Of a stretch of DNA of 64,000 nt, positions 1 through 12,923 are shown one piece after another. Numbering within the stretch: position 1 is the first letter of the stretch; each line of letters begins with the position of its first letter. Source of the stretch: Azolla caroliniana. Its lineage: Eukaryota > Plantae > Polypodiophyta. The stretch lies in the NCBI GenBank assembly GCA_043228905.1, contig JBHGNT010000002.1, positions 3,286,001-3,350,000 on the forward strand, read 5' to 3'. The position numbers and the translations under genes were made by a program. The notes beneath the pieces are model-generated. The model was not told the DNA's origin, ran no database searches, and was given only the letters and a program-made list of their open reading frames with translations.

Positions 1-117
1 ATGTTGAAGTTATATACCTACTAATAAATAGTGAGAATTAACTTTTTGGCCTTGATGAACATGTTATACAATATAGATAAAACAATTGTGTAACCTGAAG
101 AACTAAGTAATTCCCAT

Positions 118-1188
118 CAAGTGACAATAATGCCCTAGCGCTATATGTGGTAGAGCTTTGGTCAGCGCATCTGCGATATTTCCTTGAGAGACAACATTCT
201 CATGATTAATGTGGCCAACAAACTATGCATTCTCAGATGAAGTGGTATCACACTCCAATGTGCTTGACCTTTGCATGGTATATTGGGCTCTTAACCAATG
301 CAATGGCACTATGACTATCACAAAACACTATGGGTACAAGCCGAGGTATGCCTATGTCACATGCTAATCTAGAAAGCCATATAGCTTCCTTACATACTTT
401 AGTCGCAGCAACATACTCCGCTTCTGTAGTGGACACAACAATACACTCTTGGAGACAAGATCTCCAAGATATGACATCTCCCATAAATTGAAAAATGTAC
501 CCTGAAGTAGATTTTCTGTTGTTAGAACAACCAATGTAATTAGAATTGATATATCCAATAATGGATACATTTCTGTCACCTAAACATAAAAACTTATTTT
601 TAGTGCCACTAAGATATCTTAGAATCATTTTAATTGCTTTCCAATGTTTCTTACTTGACAAAAGTATGCTCACAACTCCCACTACAAATGCAATGTCTAG
701 CCTAGTCACTATCATAGCGTACATAAGACTACCAACAACAAACTGGTAAATAATTTTACTCATGAACTCCTTTTCATCATCAGATTTGGGACATTCATTT
801 TTGCTCAATTTAACTTGCATATATAATGGTGTGCTCAAAGGTTTTGCACTCACCATGTTAAATCACCATGTTAAACTTCTTGAGTGTTTTGCATACATAC
901 TCACATTGAGATGAATAAATACATCCATTACTCCTATCTCGAGTAATATGCGTGCCAAAGGATGTGTTTTGCATTTCCCAAATTTTTCATCAAAAGTTTG
1001 ACTCAAATTTTTCTATAGTTTAGATAGCTCATCCTTGTTTTTACTAGCAATGAACATGTCATCTACATAGAGTACCAAAATCACATATGAGTTATCTATA
1101 CATTTCTTCGTATATAAGCATGAGCATTGATTGCTCCTATCATAACTTTGGAACCTCATAAAAGCATCAAGTTTTTGATACCACTTTC
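118..1188 (-). mobile_element. Ty1/copia element A, 3' part (RT C-terminus and RNase H), degenerate
   Basis: ORF 248..856 has VGSLMYAM..TRLDIAF, RKSTSGY, STTEAEY, CDSHSAI, KHIGV; upstream LYVDDM-like and WYQKLDAFM segments. Confidence 0.95.
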
Positions 1189-4100
1189 AAAATTAGGGTG
1201 ATTCACATTTTGTCGCATTTTGAGATCTGTCCATAAAAAAATGACACAAATTAGGGTGATTCACAAAAAGGGGTGCCGCATGTGTAAAGGATTTTAAAAA
1301 ATGTCCCAAAAATATATTGATTTCTAGCATGTATGAAAATTTAGGTGTTCAAAAAAAGGCCTAAATAATGGACATGCCAAACTTACAAATGAATGTCCAC
1401 AATGACTAACACCAATATGTATAGAAATTCATGAATCCAAATTTTGATGTACAATACAATATTTACAGTTAACGTATCAGGACAATCGTTTTCCAAGTTT
1501 ATGCCATCATCTTCATACCCATTAGATGAACTAGTAAGAGTTTATGAGGTCTCATCCTCATCATCAATGGCAACTAATGCATTGTCTTCATCCAATTGCA
1601 ATCCAACCTCATCGAGGTTATGAGTCATGCTTCTTGTTTGCCTTTGTGTTGTGTTTGAAGCCACATTCGAGATCCTCTTTTAATATCTTCATTGTGGTCT
1701 GTCGTAGATAACTTGTTTTGGTCAAAGATAAGTCAATCACTAGTATATAAACATTATCCAATGTAAGAGTAGATGTGCTTGATGCATTCTTTCTTCTTCA
1801 CTTTCTGATTATGATATTTAATTATGATATTTACGATATTTGATTATGTGAGAGAAACCTTCTACTAAAATCATTATAATCTAAAAAATACCATAAAGAT
1901 GTTTTTTCATTTTTCGTAGATTCTCAAAGTAAGCCTTTGATGTCAAACAGAAATCAGATTCATTCCATCTAGATCTGATGCACTATGTCAAATTTAACTC
2001 TATACATCTAAAATTGGATGTAGTGCATCAGATTCCTATTGTAAGTCTTGAAATTTTTAAAAAATTTTCCATTTAAAAAATACTCTTACATTTTCAACTG
2101 AGACATAATGCATTGCATCGAATTCTAGCTATATAGGCTAAAATATGATACATTGCATTGGATTTCAGTTGAAAATCCACTTTCAAAATATCTTTAAAAA
2201 ATAAAAAAAATTTAAAAATGGATTTTCAATGGAAATCTGATGCACTACATCAGCTTTCAAAATTTCTTATTTAATCCATAAATTAATAAATAAAAATTGA
2301 AAAAATGGATTTTCAATGGAAATCCGATGTTTTTCTTATTTGTTTCCAAAATTTCTTATTTAATCCATAAATTAATAAATAAAAATTAAAAAAATGGATT
2401 TTCAATGGAAATCCGATGTAGTGCATCGGATTTTAGTTGAAAGTCCACTTTTTCTTATTTGTTTCCAAATTTTTGTATTTCTTGAATTTTGATTGTATTT
2501 TTTATTTTATTTTATTTTATTTTTCCCATAAATAAATAAATCAAAATTGAAAAAATGGATTTTCAATGGAAATCCAATGCACTACATCGGATTTCTTATT
2601 TTTTTATTTTCTTTTGTATTTTTTTTTAAAATTTAAAATTTTCACATAAATAAATAAATAAAAATTAGAAAAATGGATTTTTAGTGGAAATCTAATGCAC
2701 TGCATTGGATTTCAGTTGAAAGTTTACTTTTTCTTATTTTTTTCCAAATTTTCTTATGTTTTGATTTCTTTTGGTATTTTTTTGAATTGTTTTATTTTTC
2801 CCATAAATAAATAAATAAAAATTGAAAAAATGGATTTTCAATGGAAATGCAATGCAGTGCATCGAATTTCTGTTGAAAGTCCACCTTTTCTGATTTGTTT
2901 CCAAATTTTCTTATTTTTTGAGTTTTTTTGTATTTTTTTTTATTTTCCCCATAAATAAATAAATAAAAATTGAAAAAATGGATTTCTATTGAAAGTCCAC
3001 TTTTTCTTATTTGTTTCCAAATTTTCTTATTTTTTGAGTTTTTTTTTGTATTTTGTTTATTTTGTTTTTCCTATAAAAAAATAAATAAAAATTGAAAAAA
3101 TGGATTTTCAATGGAAATCCAATGCAGTGCATCGGATTTTAGTTGAAAATTCATTTTTTCTTATTTGTTTTCAAATTTTTTTATTTGTTTTATTTTTTCC
3201 ATAAACAAATGTTAAAAATAAAAAAATTATGGATGTTGGCCTTTTAAAATGATGTATTTTCAATCGGATTTTCAACTGCATCGTATTTCCATTGAAAGTC
3301 CAATATTTTCCTTTTATTTTTTTCATTTATCCTAGATTTTCAACTGAAATCCGATGTAGTGCATCAGATTTCCATTGAAAATGCAATAATTTTTTTTTTA
3401 TTTCATTGTTTTATGAAAAGACTAAAAGGAATTTGGAGTTTCAATTGAAATCCGATGTAATGCATAAGATTTCAGCTGGAAATCCATTTTTTAAAAATAT
3501 TTTTATTTATTCGTCGAAAAAATGAAAAAAAATTGAAAAGAAAAAGGATTGTCAGCTAAAATCTGATGCACTACATCGATGTCTAGCTGTATAGACTACA
3601 ATTTGATGAATTGCATCGGATTTTAGTTGAAAAGCCATTTATTATTATTTTTGATATGGAAAAAAAAGTAAAAAAAAAACATTGAAAAAGAAAAAAGAAA
3701 AATGGATTTTCGACTTTTATCCAATGCATTGCATTGGGTTCTAGTTGTATAGACTAAAATACATGTAGTGCATCGTATTTTAGCTGAAAATCCATTTTTT
3801 ATTTTTTTATGGAAATATTTTAGAAATTACAAAATTAAAAACAAACTTGGATTTTCAACTAGAATCTAGTGCATTGCATTGGATTCCATTTGAAAATCCA
3901 AGATTTATTATTTTTTCAAATTTTCAATGGGTTTTAGATTTGTTTTTCGACACAGGTATATAAAACTCCCATAAAACTTGTCACATCAATTTAGAGTAAC
4001 ATTATTGTCTATTCTTTAGTTTGATGTTACATGTGCAATTTCATTCTATAGTTGTCATGTACTACTACACCATGCACCTTAAAGATGTTTAGGAACTCTG

Positions 4101-5041
4101 TTGCATTAGAGAATGACCCTAAGCAGGTTATTTTCATCAAAATGAGGATCCAAGATATTTGGGATTGTCCTGATCAAGACCAAGAAGTTGGGGCAAAGCA
4201 TATCAATGAAACTAAGATGTTCTAGATGACTTCTAGAGAACCTATGGAACCTATAGATGAAGAAGGAGGGGACCTTGTTGAATTAGTAGACTTGTTAGAG
4301 TCTGAACAGACTAACGATTCAACTTAGCGTACCGACAAAGCTAATGAGGACAATCCTGAAGAGATGACTTTACCAGACTTATTATTTGATTAAATTGGAA
4401 CAATATGAATTGTTAAATTTTGATGTAATATATAAGTTGAGCTTATTTATAATTTTCGTGTAACACTCATTGAACTTAGAGATTAAGTATAATTTGTATG
4501 TGTACATGTTGTCTAAAGACTCCTCTATTGTTTGGGGTATATGGGAGATAAAATTATACTCTATCATTTACTTGTATGATTGGATTGTTATTGTAGAATA
4601 GTTTATTTATCCATTGACGGTGTCATGTATAACGTGTCAATGGAAATTTTCTCTTGACATAGTAATATCTCTTAATTGCAAGGTTCACAATTTGCTTTAA
4701 GATATATTATACATAAATATACACACATAATTAGAAGAAGTCACTTATTCAGTGGGGTATGCTTTTTAGAATATGCACAGGGACTCGTGTTACTATTATA
4801 CTTGCGTTGACGAATATACCCCTGTCTAAGATTTGGACAAAAACATGGTAGATAGAATATACGTCGGATGATTTTGTTGACGTGATATTAGTTAGTTCTA
4901 TTTTTCGCTATGTTTTCATAAACCACATACGCATGCATCGTGCCTTTTTGAAATTCTGCTTAAATAAGGCATTTTTTAACATCTCACTAAGAAATGAAAA
5001 AGAGAATGCGACATATTACCTGTTTCAAATGACCCGGTGTT
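1189..5041. mobile_element. ~3.85-kb non-autonomous DNA-transposon-like insertion inside copia A RT
   Basis: Removing it rejoins the RT motif LYGLQQSPR-K-WYQKLD in frame; TTTC duplicated (1185-1188 / 5042-5045); imperfect TIRs share GGGT(G/C)ATT and TGTCGCATT. Confidence 0.75.
1965..3900. repeat. Array of ~16 palindromic ~53-bp units separated by AT-rich spacers
   Basis: Consensus TGGATTTTCAAT-GGAAATCCGATGCA-N-TGCATCGGATTT-CAGTTGAAAATCCA, e.g. 2395, 2556, 2673, 2831, 3101, 3333, 3434, 3848. Confidence 0.92.
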
Positions 5042-5860
5042 TTTCGTGGAGATTGCTGAAGACCATATAAACTTTTTCTTGAGTTTACATACCAAAGGCA
5101 TTTTCCCATGAACTTCATAACCCTTTGGTTGCTCCATATAAATCTCCTCATCAAGATCTCCATGCACAAAGATAGTTTTTACATTCATTTGAAATAAGTC
5201 AAGATTCTTTTTCGTACCCAATGCCAACATCATCCATAATGTAGTCATCTCAATTATTGGAGAGAAGTTTCCATTGAAATCGACACATTGTTTTTGTTTA
5301 AAGCCTTTTGCCACAATGTGAGCTTTATATTTAGGAAGAGGACTATCAGATGTGTAGTTGTACTTATGCACCCATTTACATATAATGCTTCCCTACCTTT
5401 TAGCAAGGCCATTAAATCTACAGTTCCATTCTTATGGATACTATCCAACTCACTTTGCATTGCTTGTTTTAACTTAGCATGATTGGGGACTGATATGCCT
5501 TCATGGTAACATGAAGGCTCACTATCATTAGATAGCATTCCATAATCAGCAAATCTACCAGGTGGTTTGGAGACACACATAGATCTCCTTAATGCTTCAT
5601 GAACCTGAAGACCATTACGTTGTGTATGGGAAACATCATTGTGAGCATAACCTTGTTGAATATCACCATTCTACACATCATCATGTTGAGCATCATTATT
5701 GTGGACATCATAATGTTGACCAACAACAGTTTTACATGGCTGAGCACATGTAAAGCATTAACATCAATGGAATTTTTTTGTTTTACGTTAATAGAAGGTA
5801 CATCATCCTTAAATACAACCTTTCTCACTTCTACCTCCTTTATGGATTGCGTATGCATTA
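5042..5860 (-). mobile_element. Ty1/copia element A, RT N-terminus and integrase-RT linker, degenerate
   Basis: KYKAHIVAKGFKQ, QMNVKTIFVHGDLDEEIYMEQPKG, EPSCYHEG..AMQSELDSIHKNGT; frameshifts. Confidence 0.93.
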
Positions 5861-7299
5861 AAATAATCCCAAAGTGGGATAAAAAGAAAAGTATACACCA
5901 CTTACCCTAACAAAACCCAAGTAAGATGAAGGAGGAGGAGGAGAAGTATAGACTCATTCACCCTAACGCAATCCAAGTAAGATGAAGAAAAGCGGAAGTG
6001 ACGGAATACCTATTCTCTTGTTCGACACAAGAAAACCCTAAAACCCTAGAAAACGAAGAAAGAAAGAAATACAAGTTCTCCCATCCCACACAAGAATACC
6101 CATTCTCATTTCCCACACAAGAAAACCATGAAACCCAAGAAAAAGAAGAAGAAAAGAAAGAAAAATACCCGTTTAAGGGATTTAGGTGCCAAAATGGTAC
6201 TCATCCTCTATCTCTATGTGACCTAATCTATATATCCTTTCCTCTTTGGGAACTCTGTTAGCACAACCATTTGAATCTCAAGTTGGTTGGATGATACTCT
6301 AAGTTGTTCAATGGCAACCCTTAGTGAATTTAGCAAGAATGTATCTAGGTCGCATAATAAAACCAAACTCAAAGAAATGAAGTGTTCCTTACAATACAAC
6401 ATTTTAGATGGGTGTGGCTCTAGTGGGTTGATCAAGTTATGTCAAGTATAAATTTGCCATATTTCTTAGCATATCACTTTATTACAATCCTGATGAGTTA
6501 TTAAAGTTTTATCAATCTCGTGGTTGTACCACATTTATGTTTAAGCTGTTTGTAAAAAGCCAACTTACCACAATGCTATATTAAGAGCTAGTATCGTCAG
6601 ACTCATAGAGTGATCAAGATGCCCTGAAAGCTAGACGAGATATCCTATCTTGTGATTGGCTATGTATCCTATTAATAAAAACTACCATTTGAAAAAGGGT
6701 TTCTACTAGCATAGGAGGTAATATGAACTCTACTCTAATTATGTCATGTGGCATTGTCGATTTGCTTTAGAGTTGATGTGATAACATCGGAACCAATGGT
6801 CTCTCTAATTGTGCCCACATGATTTAAGGTTGTAGCCCTAAAGCCCAAACCATTGTTGCATACAAGAGGGAAGTGGTTACTAATGAGTCAAAGAACCACA
6901 CCTTTTAGAGAGAGAGAGAGAGAGAGAGAGCACTACAACATATCGGCCCTTCCTCAAAACATATCAACCTTTCCTCACGCCATTAAAGAAGAGCAACAAA
7001 GTGATACCAAGCATATACCAACATCGAGATCCTCTCCTCACCCATCAACATGCACACAAAAATGCACATAAATTAACATTCATAGAAATGAGCATACATG
7101 CATAGACATTTGACAAATAGTCACACACACACCCATTAGGTTTAATTAACCATAAAAATGTTGAAGTGTCTAATAACTTTAACAATGTTTAATTATGTGT
7201 GTGAAAGGGCAATAGATGCCTATTTAGTTATTTTTTTAATGTCTATGTATAAGTGGTATTTAAGTGTGAAAAATAAAATAAAATAAAATAGATGTTTGT

Positions 7300-7780
7300 T
7301 CTCAATTTGGAAGAAAAAAGAAAAACCGGAAGAAGAGAGGGTGAGTAGCAGATCGAAGAACGCCACACAACAAGCTCGACATCCAATTCCTTAGTCTTCT
7401 CACTCCACTACTTAGTCTGTGATCTACGTTACTTCTACTCTGACCTGTGGGCTTCATCATCCTGGTTTCTTCTCTCTCACTCATGTGTTTATGAGTATTG
7501 TTTGCTATTCCCTTTGGTGTGTAGTCCCCACTTTGTTAGTAGTGTTGCTTCCTACATAGCTCTACTTCACTCTAGCGTATCTATAGGTAGAGCTTGTATT
7601 TCTATTGTATTCTCTTTGTTGATGGTGGATTGTTTTGGACTTGTCCCGAGGTTGTTTCCTTCATAGAGGGGTTTTCCATGTTAAATCGTGTGTCATCTAC
7701 CTTGTATCATTTGTGTATTTTGTGCTTTTCTTTGCCATTGCTCCTTAATATTCGAGCTTTAAACATGATGTGTGTTACAC
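7300..7780 (+). mobile_element. Probable copia LTR remnant
   Basis: GGGTTTTCCATGTTAAAT..GTGT motif (~7668) resembles the U5 of the copia B LTRs (GGGTTTCCACGTTAA at ~20637); boundaries not resolved. Confidence 0.4.
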
Positions 7781-7874
7781 TCTCACGCTATCAAACCTAT
7801 CAAAAAACACATGAAAATTAGAAAGCACATATACATACACATTAATTAAAATTCATATACATACGTTATAATAT

Positions 7875-7946
7875 GGTCCTATGGGCTAGTGGTTAGGACA
7901 TTGGACTTTGAATCCAATAAGCCATGGTCAAGTCTCTGTAGGACTT
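7875..7946 (+). tRNA. tRNA-Gln(TTG) pseudogene
   Basis: 72 nt; acceptor stem GGTCCTA/TAGGACT; D-arm CTAGTGGTTAGG; anticodon arm TTGGA-CTTTGAA-TCCAA; T-arm and B box damaged (CCATGGTCAAGTCTCTG). Confidence 0.85.
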
Positions 7947-10869
7947 GGATTAACATAGGGAAATTTATAACCACATACATATGGAGCTTATGTTTGAGAA
8001 ATTACCTTCAAGAATCCCAAAACTATTAATAATGGTGTTGGGGTATACAAAGGACGACATTCAAAGACACATGACTCCTAATGTTGGAGTATGATGACCT
8101 TCAGAAATGCGTAAGCTAGTTATAACTCATCGTTTCTCAGATTTTGTGAGTCCACCCAACCAACAACACCAATGAGGGTGGCGAGTCCAGTACAACTAAC
8201 AACATCAAAACCATCATTGTCACCACTTAGAACTCTTATAGGCTTGGTCATGTGTACCTCGCGACGTCCTCGCACTTTCAAACACATCATTTTGCAAGGC
8301 CATGATCCCATTCTTTCTTTACATGACTTTGGCACTAGATTGACGCCAAAAAATGAGGGTAATGTAAAATTATTTTTTGAGGTAAACTTTAATGTCATTT
8401 AAGTGGTCGATAATTTCAGGACTTGTATTGTTTTTGTTGGTTAGCAAGTATGAAAGGAATGCCAGACATCATAACCAATCGATCACTAAGACGACCTCAA
8501 ATATACACGGTGTTGGATTCACTAACACACCCACATTTTCTACACAATCATGTCTTGGTTCTCCCATGCTTGAATGTAATCTCGATGAGAACATTGACAT
8601 GATTCGCCTAGGAGGTGGGGTTGTGTTCAAAAAGAGGTTAGACGACCTTGCGGAGTCATACCTCCCTCAAATGGAGACCCATTAAAAGTAACTCTAGATG
8701 TTTGTGACATCTTATAAATGTTTACTATGTTCTCGATAATTGCATAAATGTCCTTGTTTCCTAATGTAGGGATCAAGATAAAGAACACAAAAAGTATATC
8801 ACGGAGGGTCTATAACAAGAGTTTGGAACCATATGACAAATGAAGACCGCCTTGAAGGAGATCTCACTTCTCTTGCGACATAAGCAAGATTGTGTGAGGT
8901 AAAATCTATTGTGAATCTCCATTACAATTAACTCGTATCTAGTTGATAGTTTGGGAATTGTAATATATCGTTTAGTTATTAAAAGTAAAAATGAGTCTTA
9001 AGGGAATCAAACCTCTAAAAGGAACGAATAGTTGCTTTCAGGTAAAGATTCCCTTGCCAGTGAGTTGTGGCCAAAGATAACCTCATTCCAGAGGTGAAAG
9101 ACGTGTAGCTTGAGAAGTGCACTGACTATTTGGCCGGCAAGCAAAACAAAACCTCTTTTCAAACCCGACCATCGTCGAGATGGAATGCACCGTTGGAACT
9201 TGTGCATACCGATTTATGCCAATTGGACACGAAGTCACATGCTGGGTCGTAGTACTTCGTGACGTTCATAGATGACTGCAGTCGAAAGTTGTGGGTCCCA
9301 CCGCTGAAGACGAAAGATCAGGTACTATCCATCTTCAAGGAATTCCATGCGAGAGTGGAAAGAGAATCCGGTTGGAAGCTGAAGGCAATTTGAACGGACA
9401 ATGGAGGAGAATACCAGGGGCAGTTTGAGGAGTACTGCCGGTCGATGGGAATCTGGCTCGAATTCACCTTGCCGAAGACACCAGAATTGAATGGATTGGC
9501 CGAAAGGATGAACTAGACTGTGATGGAGAGAGTCTAGAGCATCCTTGTTCATGCCAAGTTGTCCAAGACGTTTTGGGTTGCGCCGCTGATGACGACGACG
9601 TATGTGATAAACAAATCACCCTTGGCACCCTTGGACGGAGACACACCACAGAGAGTATGGACCGGTAAAGACGTGTCTTACCGGCATCTAAAGGTGTTCG
9701 GTTGTCTCGCCTACATGCATGTAGCAAAGGACAAGAGAGTGAAATTGGATCCGAAGTCCCGACCATGCATATTCCTTGGATATAGCGATGATGAGTTCGG
9801 CTACCGAGTGTGGAACTTGGTCGACAAGAAGGTTTTTCGGAGTCGAGACATAATGTTCATGGAAGACAAGACCATTGCCGATTGGGAGTCAGAGAAGAAG
9901 ATAGTGGACTCCAGGTCGACTGGCAGAAATCAGTTGAAGGATGCTAGGACACATCCTGTCGAAGACCATGATGAACTGACCGGATTTGGATGAGGAACCA
10001 AACCGATCGAAGAAGAAGAATTGGACACCGGAACCACATAAGACCCCGAATCAGATTCGGATGCCAGAGGAACCGATGGCCGGAAATCAAGAGCGAAGGT
10101 ACCCTCTAAGGGAGGAAGAGCCCCCCAAAGATTTCTGGAAGAAGAGTGAATATTGTTGACCGATGAAGGAGAGCTGGAAAGCTTCGAAGAAGCAAAGAAA
10201 GACGCCCACAACCGCAAGTGGTTAAGTGCCACGCAGGGTGAGATGGATTCCCTGCATGAGAACCATACATATGAATTGATGGAGCTACCTAAAGGAAAGA
10301 GAGCGCTCCGGAACAAGTGGGTGTGCAAGGAAATCCACTGAGATACAAAGCCTGCATTGTGGTGAAGGGTTTCCAGTAGAAGAAAGTACTGGATTTCGAT
10401 GAGATCTTTGCCTTGGTAGTGAAGATGACATCCATCCGGACGGTGTTGAGCATAACAACAAGCATGGACCTTGAGGTAGAGCAATTCAATGTCAAGACGA
10501 CGTTCCTTCATGGCGACCTCGAAGAAGAGATCTACATGCAATAGACAGAAGGATTTGTCAAGAAAGGCAAGGAGCACCTGGTGTGCCGGTTGAAGAAGAG
10601 CTTATACGGACTGAAGCAAGCTCCTCGGCAATGGTACCGGAAGTTTGACTCCTTCATGACCGATCAAGGATACCACAAGACGCAGACCGATCTTGCATCT
10701 TCGTGAAGAAATTTGACGAAGGCGACTTCCTGATACTTCTACTGTATGTGGATGACATGGTGATTGTTAGATCGGACTGAACCAAAATTAGGAATCTGAA
10801 GAAGGCTTTGAACCGGACCTTCTCAATGAAAGATCAGGGTCCGGCGAGATAGATATTGGGGATGCATAT

Positions 10870-11139
10870 TGGATGGATGAAAGATAAAAATTTCAAAAAA
10901 AGGGGTCAGAAATTTATAAACTATACGTATATGCTCGTTGGTGTGTTTATCTAATCAATATGAGCTGGAAAGAGAGTAGGGCAGGGCAGAGATTGATTTG
11001 AACCTTAAAACTAGTAAGTAAGTAAGAAAGAAAACAATAGGGATTTACTCAATTAGCCTTCTACTACTGCTACCTAAGCTTTTGCTTCTTCTTCTTCTTC
11101 TTCTTCTTCTTCTTCTTCTTTGGCTATTGCTGCCGCCAT
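10870..11139. other. 270-bp insertion in copia B1 RT containing a (CTT)n tract; looks gene-derived
   Basis: Removal restores LGMHI-TRD; ATAT flanks both sides (10866-10869, 11140-11143). Confidence 0.75.
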
Positions 11140-11223
11140 ATATAACTCGGGACCAAACGAAGAAGTAGTGTGGTTGTCATAGGAGAAGTATGTGTTGAAG
11201 GTGCTTCAAAGGTTCAACATGTC

Positions 11224-11679
11224 TGTTACGGGCATGACCATATAATATCCCGTGGTGAGAATTTACCGTAGTATTCTATACATGTGGATAAGTGTGAGGG
11301 TTAAACGAGAGTGTAAAGAAGGGGAGGATTACTTTTAAATCCTCGGGATTGAGACAAACCATTAGGCCAAGTGTGAACATGGCTAGGGGCCTTGGGTATC
11401 GCTATAAATAGAGGCCTAGCTACCCTCATTTCATTATCTTGTTGACTACGTTGAGACTCTGTCTTGTGGTGGGTCAACTCTTGTAGCGAGCGCGCCAGCA
11501 CTAGGTACGACTCGACGCCACGACGGTGGTATGGGACGCTGATCGAGGCTCGAGTCCGTCTCGATCCCTTCGCTCGGGGGTGGTTGGGTGGATCGGCACC
11601 CTTCTTTCTCTCTCTCCTTTCTTTCTATCTACCTAGATCTATCCTTATCTAATGCTTACTTTAGTACATGTCTCTAGTA
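11224..11679 (+). repeat. 5' LTR of G1
   Basis: Starts TGTTACGGG; about 19 differences from 18223-18679 by manual count (~4%); followed by a tRNA-iMet-type PBS. Confidence 0.96.
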
Positions 11680-12861
11680 TTTGGTATCCGAACCTATGTA
11701 CTAATGTTTCTTTTGTTGTTCTTATCTTCTCGATGGATGGCGATCGATCGTTGTACGGTTGGCCTTCATGCAGACAAGGATCAACAAGGAACTTCGGTAA
11801 TCTTTCTTGTTATTTTTTGTCTATTTTTTCTTCTCCCATCTAATCATGTGTATGGTTAATATGTAGATTATTTTCATTAATTAAATGATGTTGTAGTGGT
11901 ATTTAATTGGTTATCTAAAACGCTTACATATGTGCACGAGGTCAATACCTCGTTTGACATATAAATAATATGTGATGAGTGTCGTATGCGTACGAGGTTA
12001 ATACCTCAATTACGTATTACGTTCACGAACATATGTTACGTTTGCGTATGAGGTCAACACCTCAATTTTGTTGTAAATGATATGTGTTTGGTCTCGTATG
12101 CATAAGAGGTCAATACCTCAATTGCATATTACGTTGAACCCTTATTTTTGGATGTCTCGTGTGTGTAGAGGTATATGCCTCGATTACGTCATTTTTGGCT
12201 ATTAAATATAACGATTTCTTTAATATAGGCATATGTGGTCACGTGTATACGTAGTTGATCGTATATATGTGATAATATACATATGTGTATATAAGTTATT
12301 ACGTGATTTTAAATCGAATGTTTTCCTTTTCGGGGAAAGGTTCTTGGTGACCATCCTCACATTTTTGTGAGAATCGTGTTGTCACCATCCTTTTTTTCAA
12401 CAATTTTTTATCGTTGAAATCCCCATTGGTGACTTCGATATTTCGTTACATAAAGAAACGCCAATAGCCATAATGATGTTGAGTACGTAGGGTTTGACCC
12501 ACTTCATGTGAGGTCGCTCTTATGACACATGTATCCAACATTCCTCCCTCATTACATGGATACGATGCCACCATGAGATCATTCTTACGAGAGGCATTCG
12601 TAATGACGTGACCATGTGATGAGCCACGTGGGCCTACTACGAAAAGAGGGCTCATTTGACTTGACCATTAGGTTGCACTTTGGCGTATGCCATCGTAAAT
12701 ACGATACTTGAGGTTAGGTAACGTACCAACATAGTTGTAGTAAATGAGGGCGAAATAAGGACTCTTGACATATATGTTTCTTTTAAAAAAACATATATGG
12801 GCAAATGTCTCGCATATCTTTTATACGCATGAAACATTAAACATTCAAGAAGAGCAACTTA

Positions 12862-12923
12862 CTTGGTTGGCTCAAATGTTTAATGCATTTGTTCTCGAGG
12901 TCTCGAGTTCAAATATGACCAAG
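12862..12923 (+). promoter_or_regulatory. tRNA-derived A/B-box cassette in the G1 leader
   Basis: Stem CTTGGT/ACCAAG, A-box-like TGGCTCAAATG, GAGGTCTCGAGTTCAAAT (variable loop plus B box). Confidence 0.55.

Noticed and set aside
1965-3900. CRISPR array
   Set aside because: Spacers are low-complexity and related to each other, units vary and flip, there are no cas genes, and the context is eukaryotic
9930-10577. 215-aa minus-strand ORF and similar antisense ORFs over copia and LINE pol
   Set aside because: Shadow frames of retroelement coding sequence
11464-11652. Duplicated 62-aa ORF (also 18464-18652)
   Set aside because: Lies inside the two G1 LTRs; the duplication is explained by the LTRs
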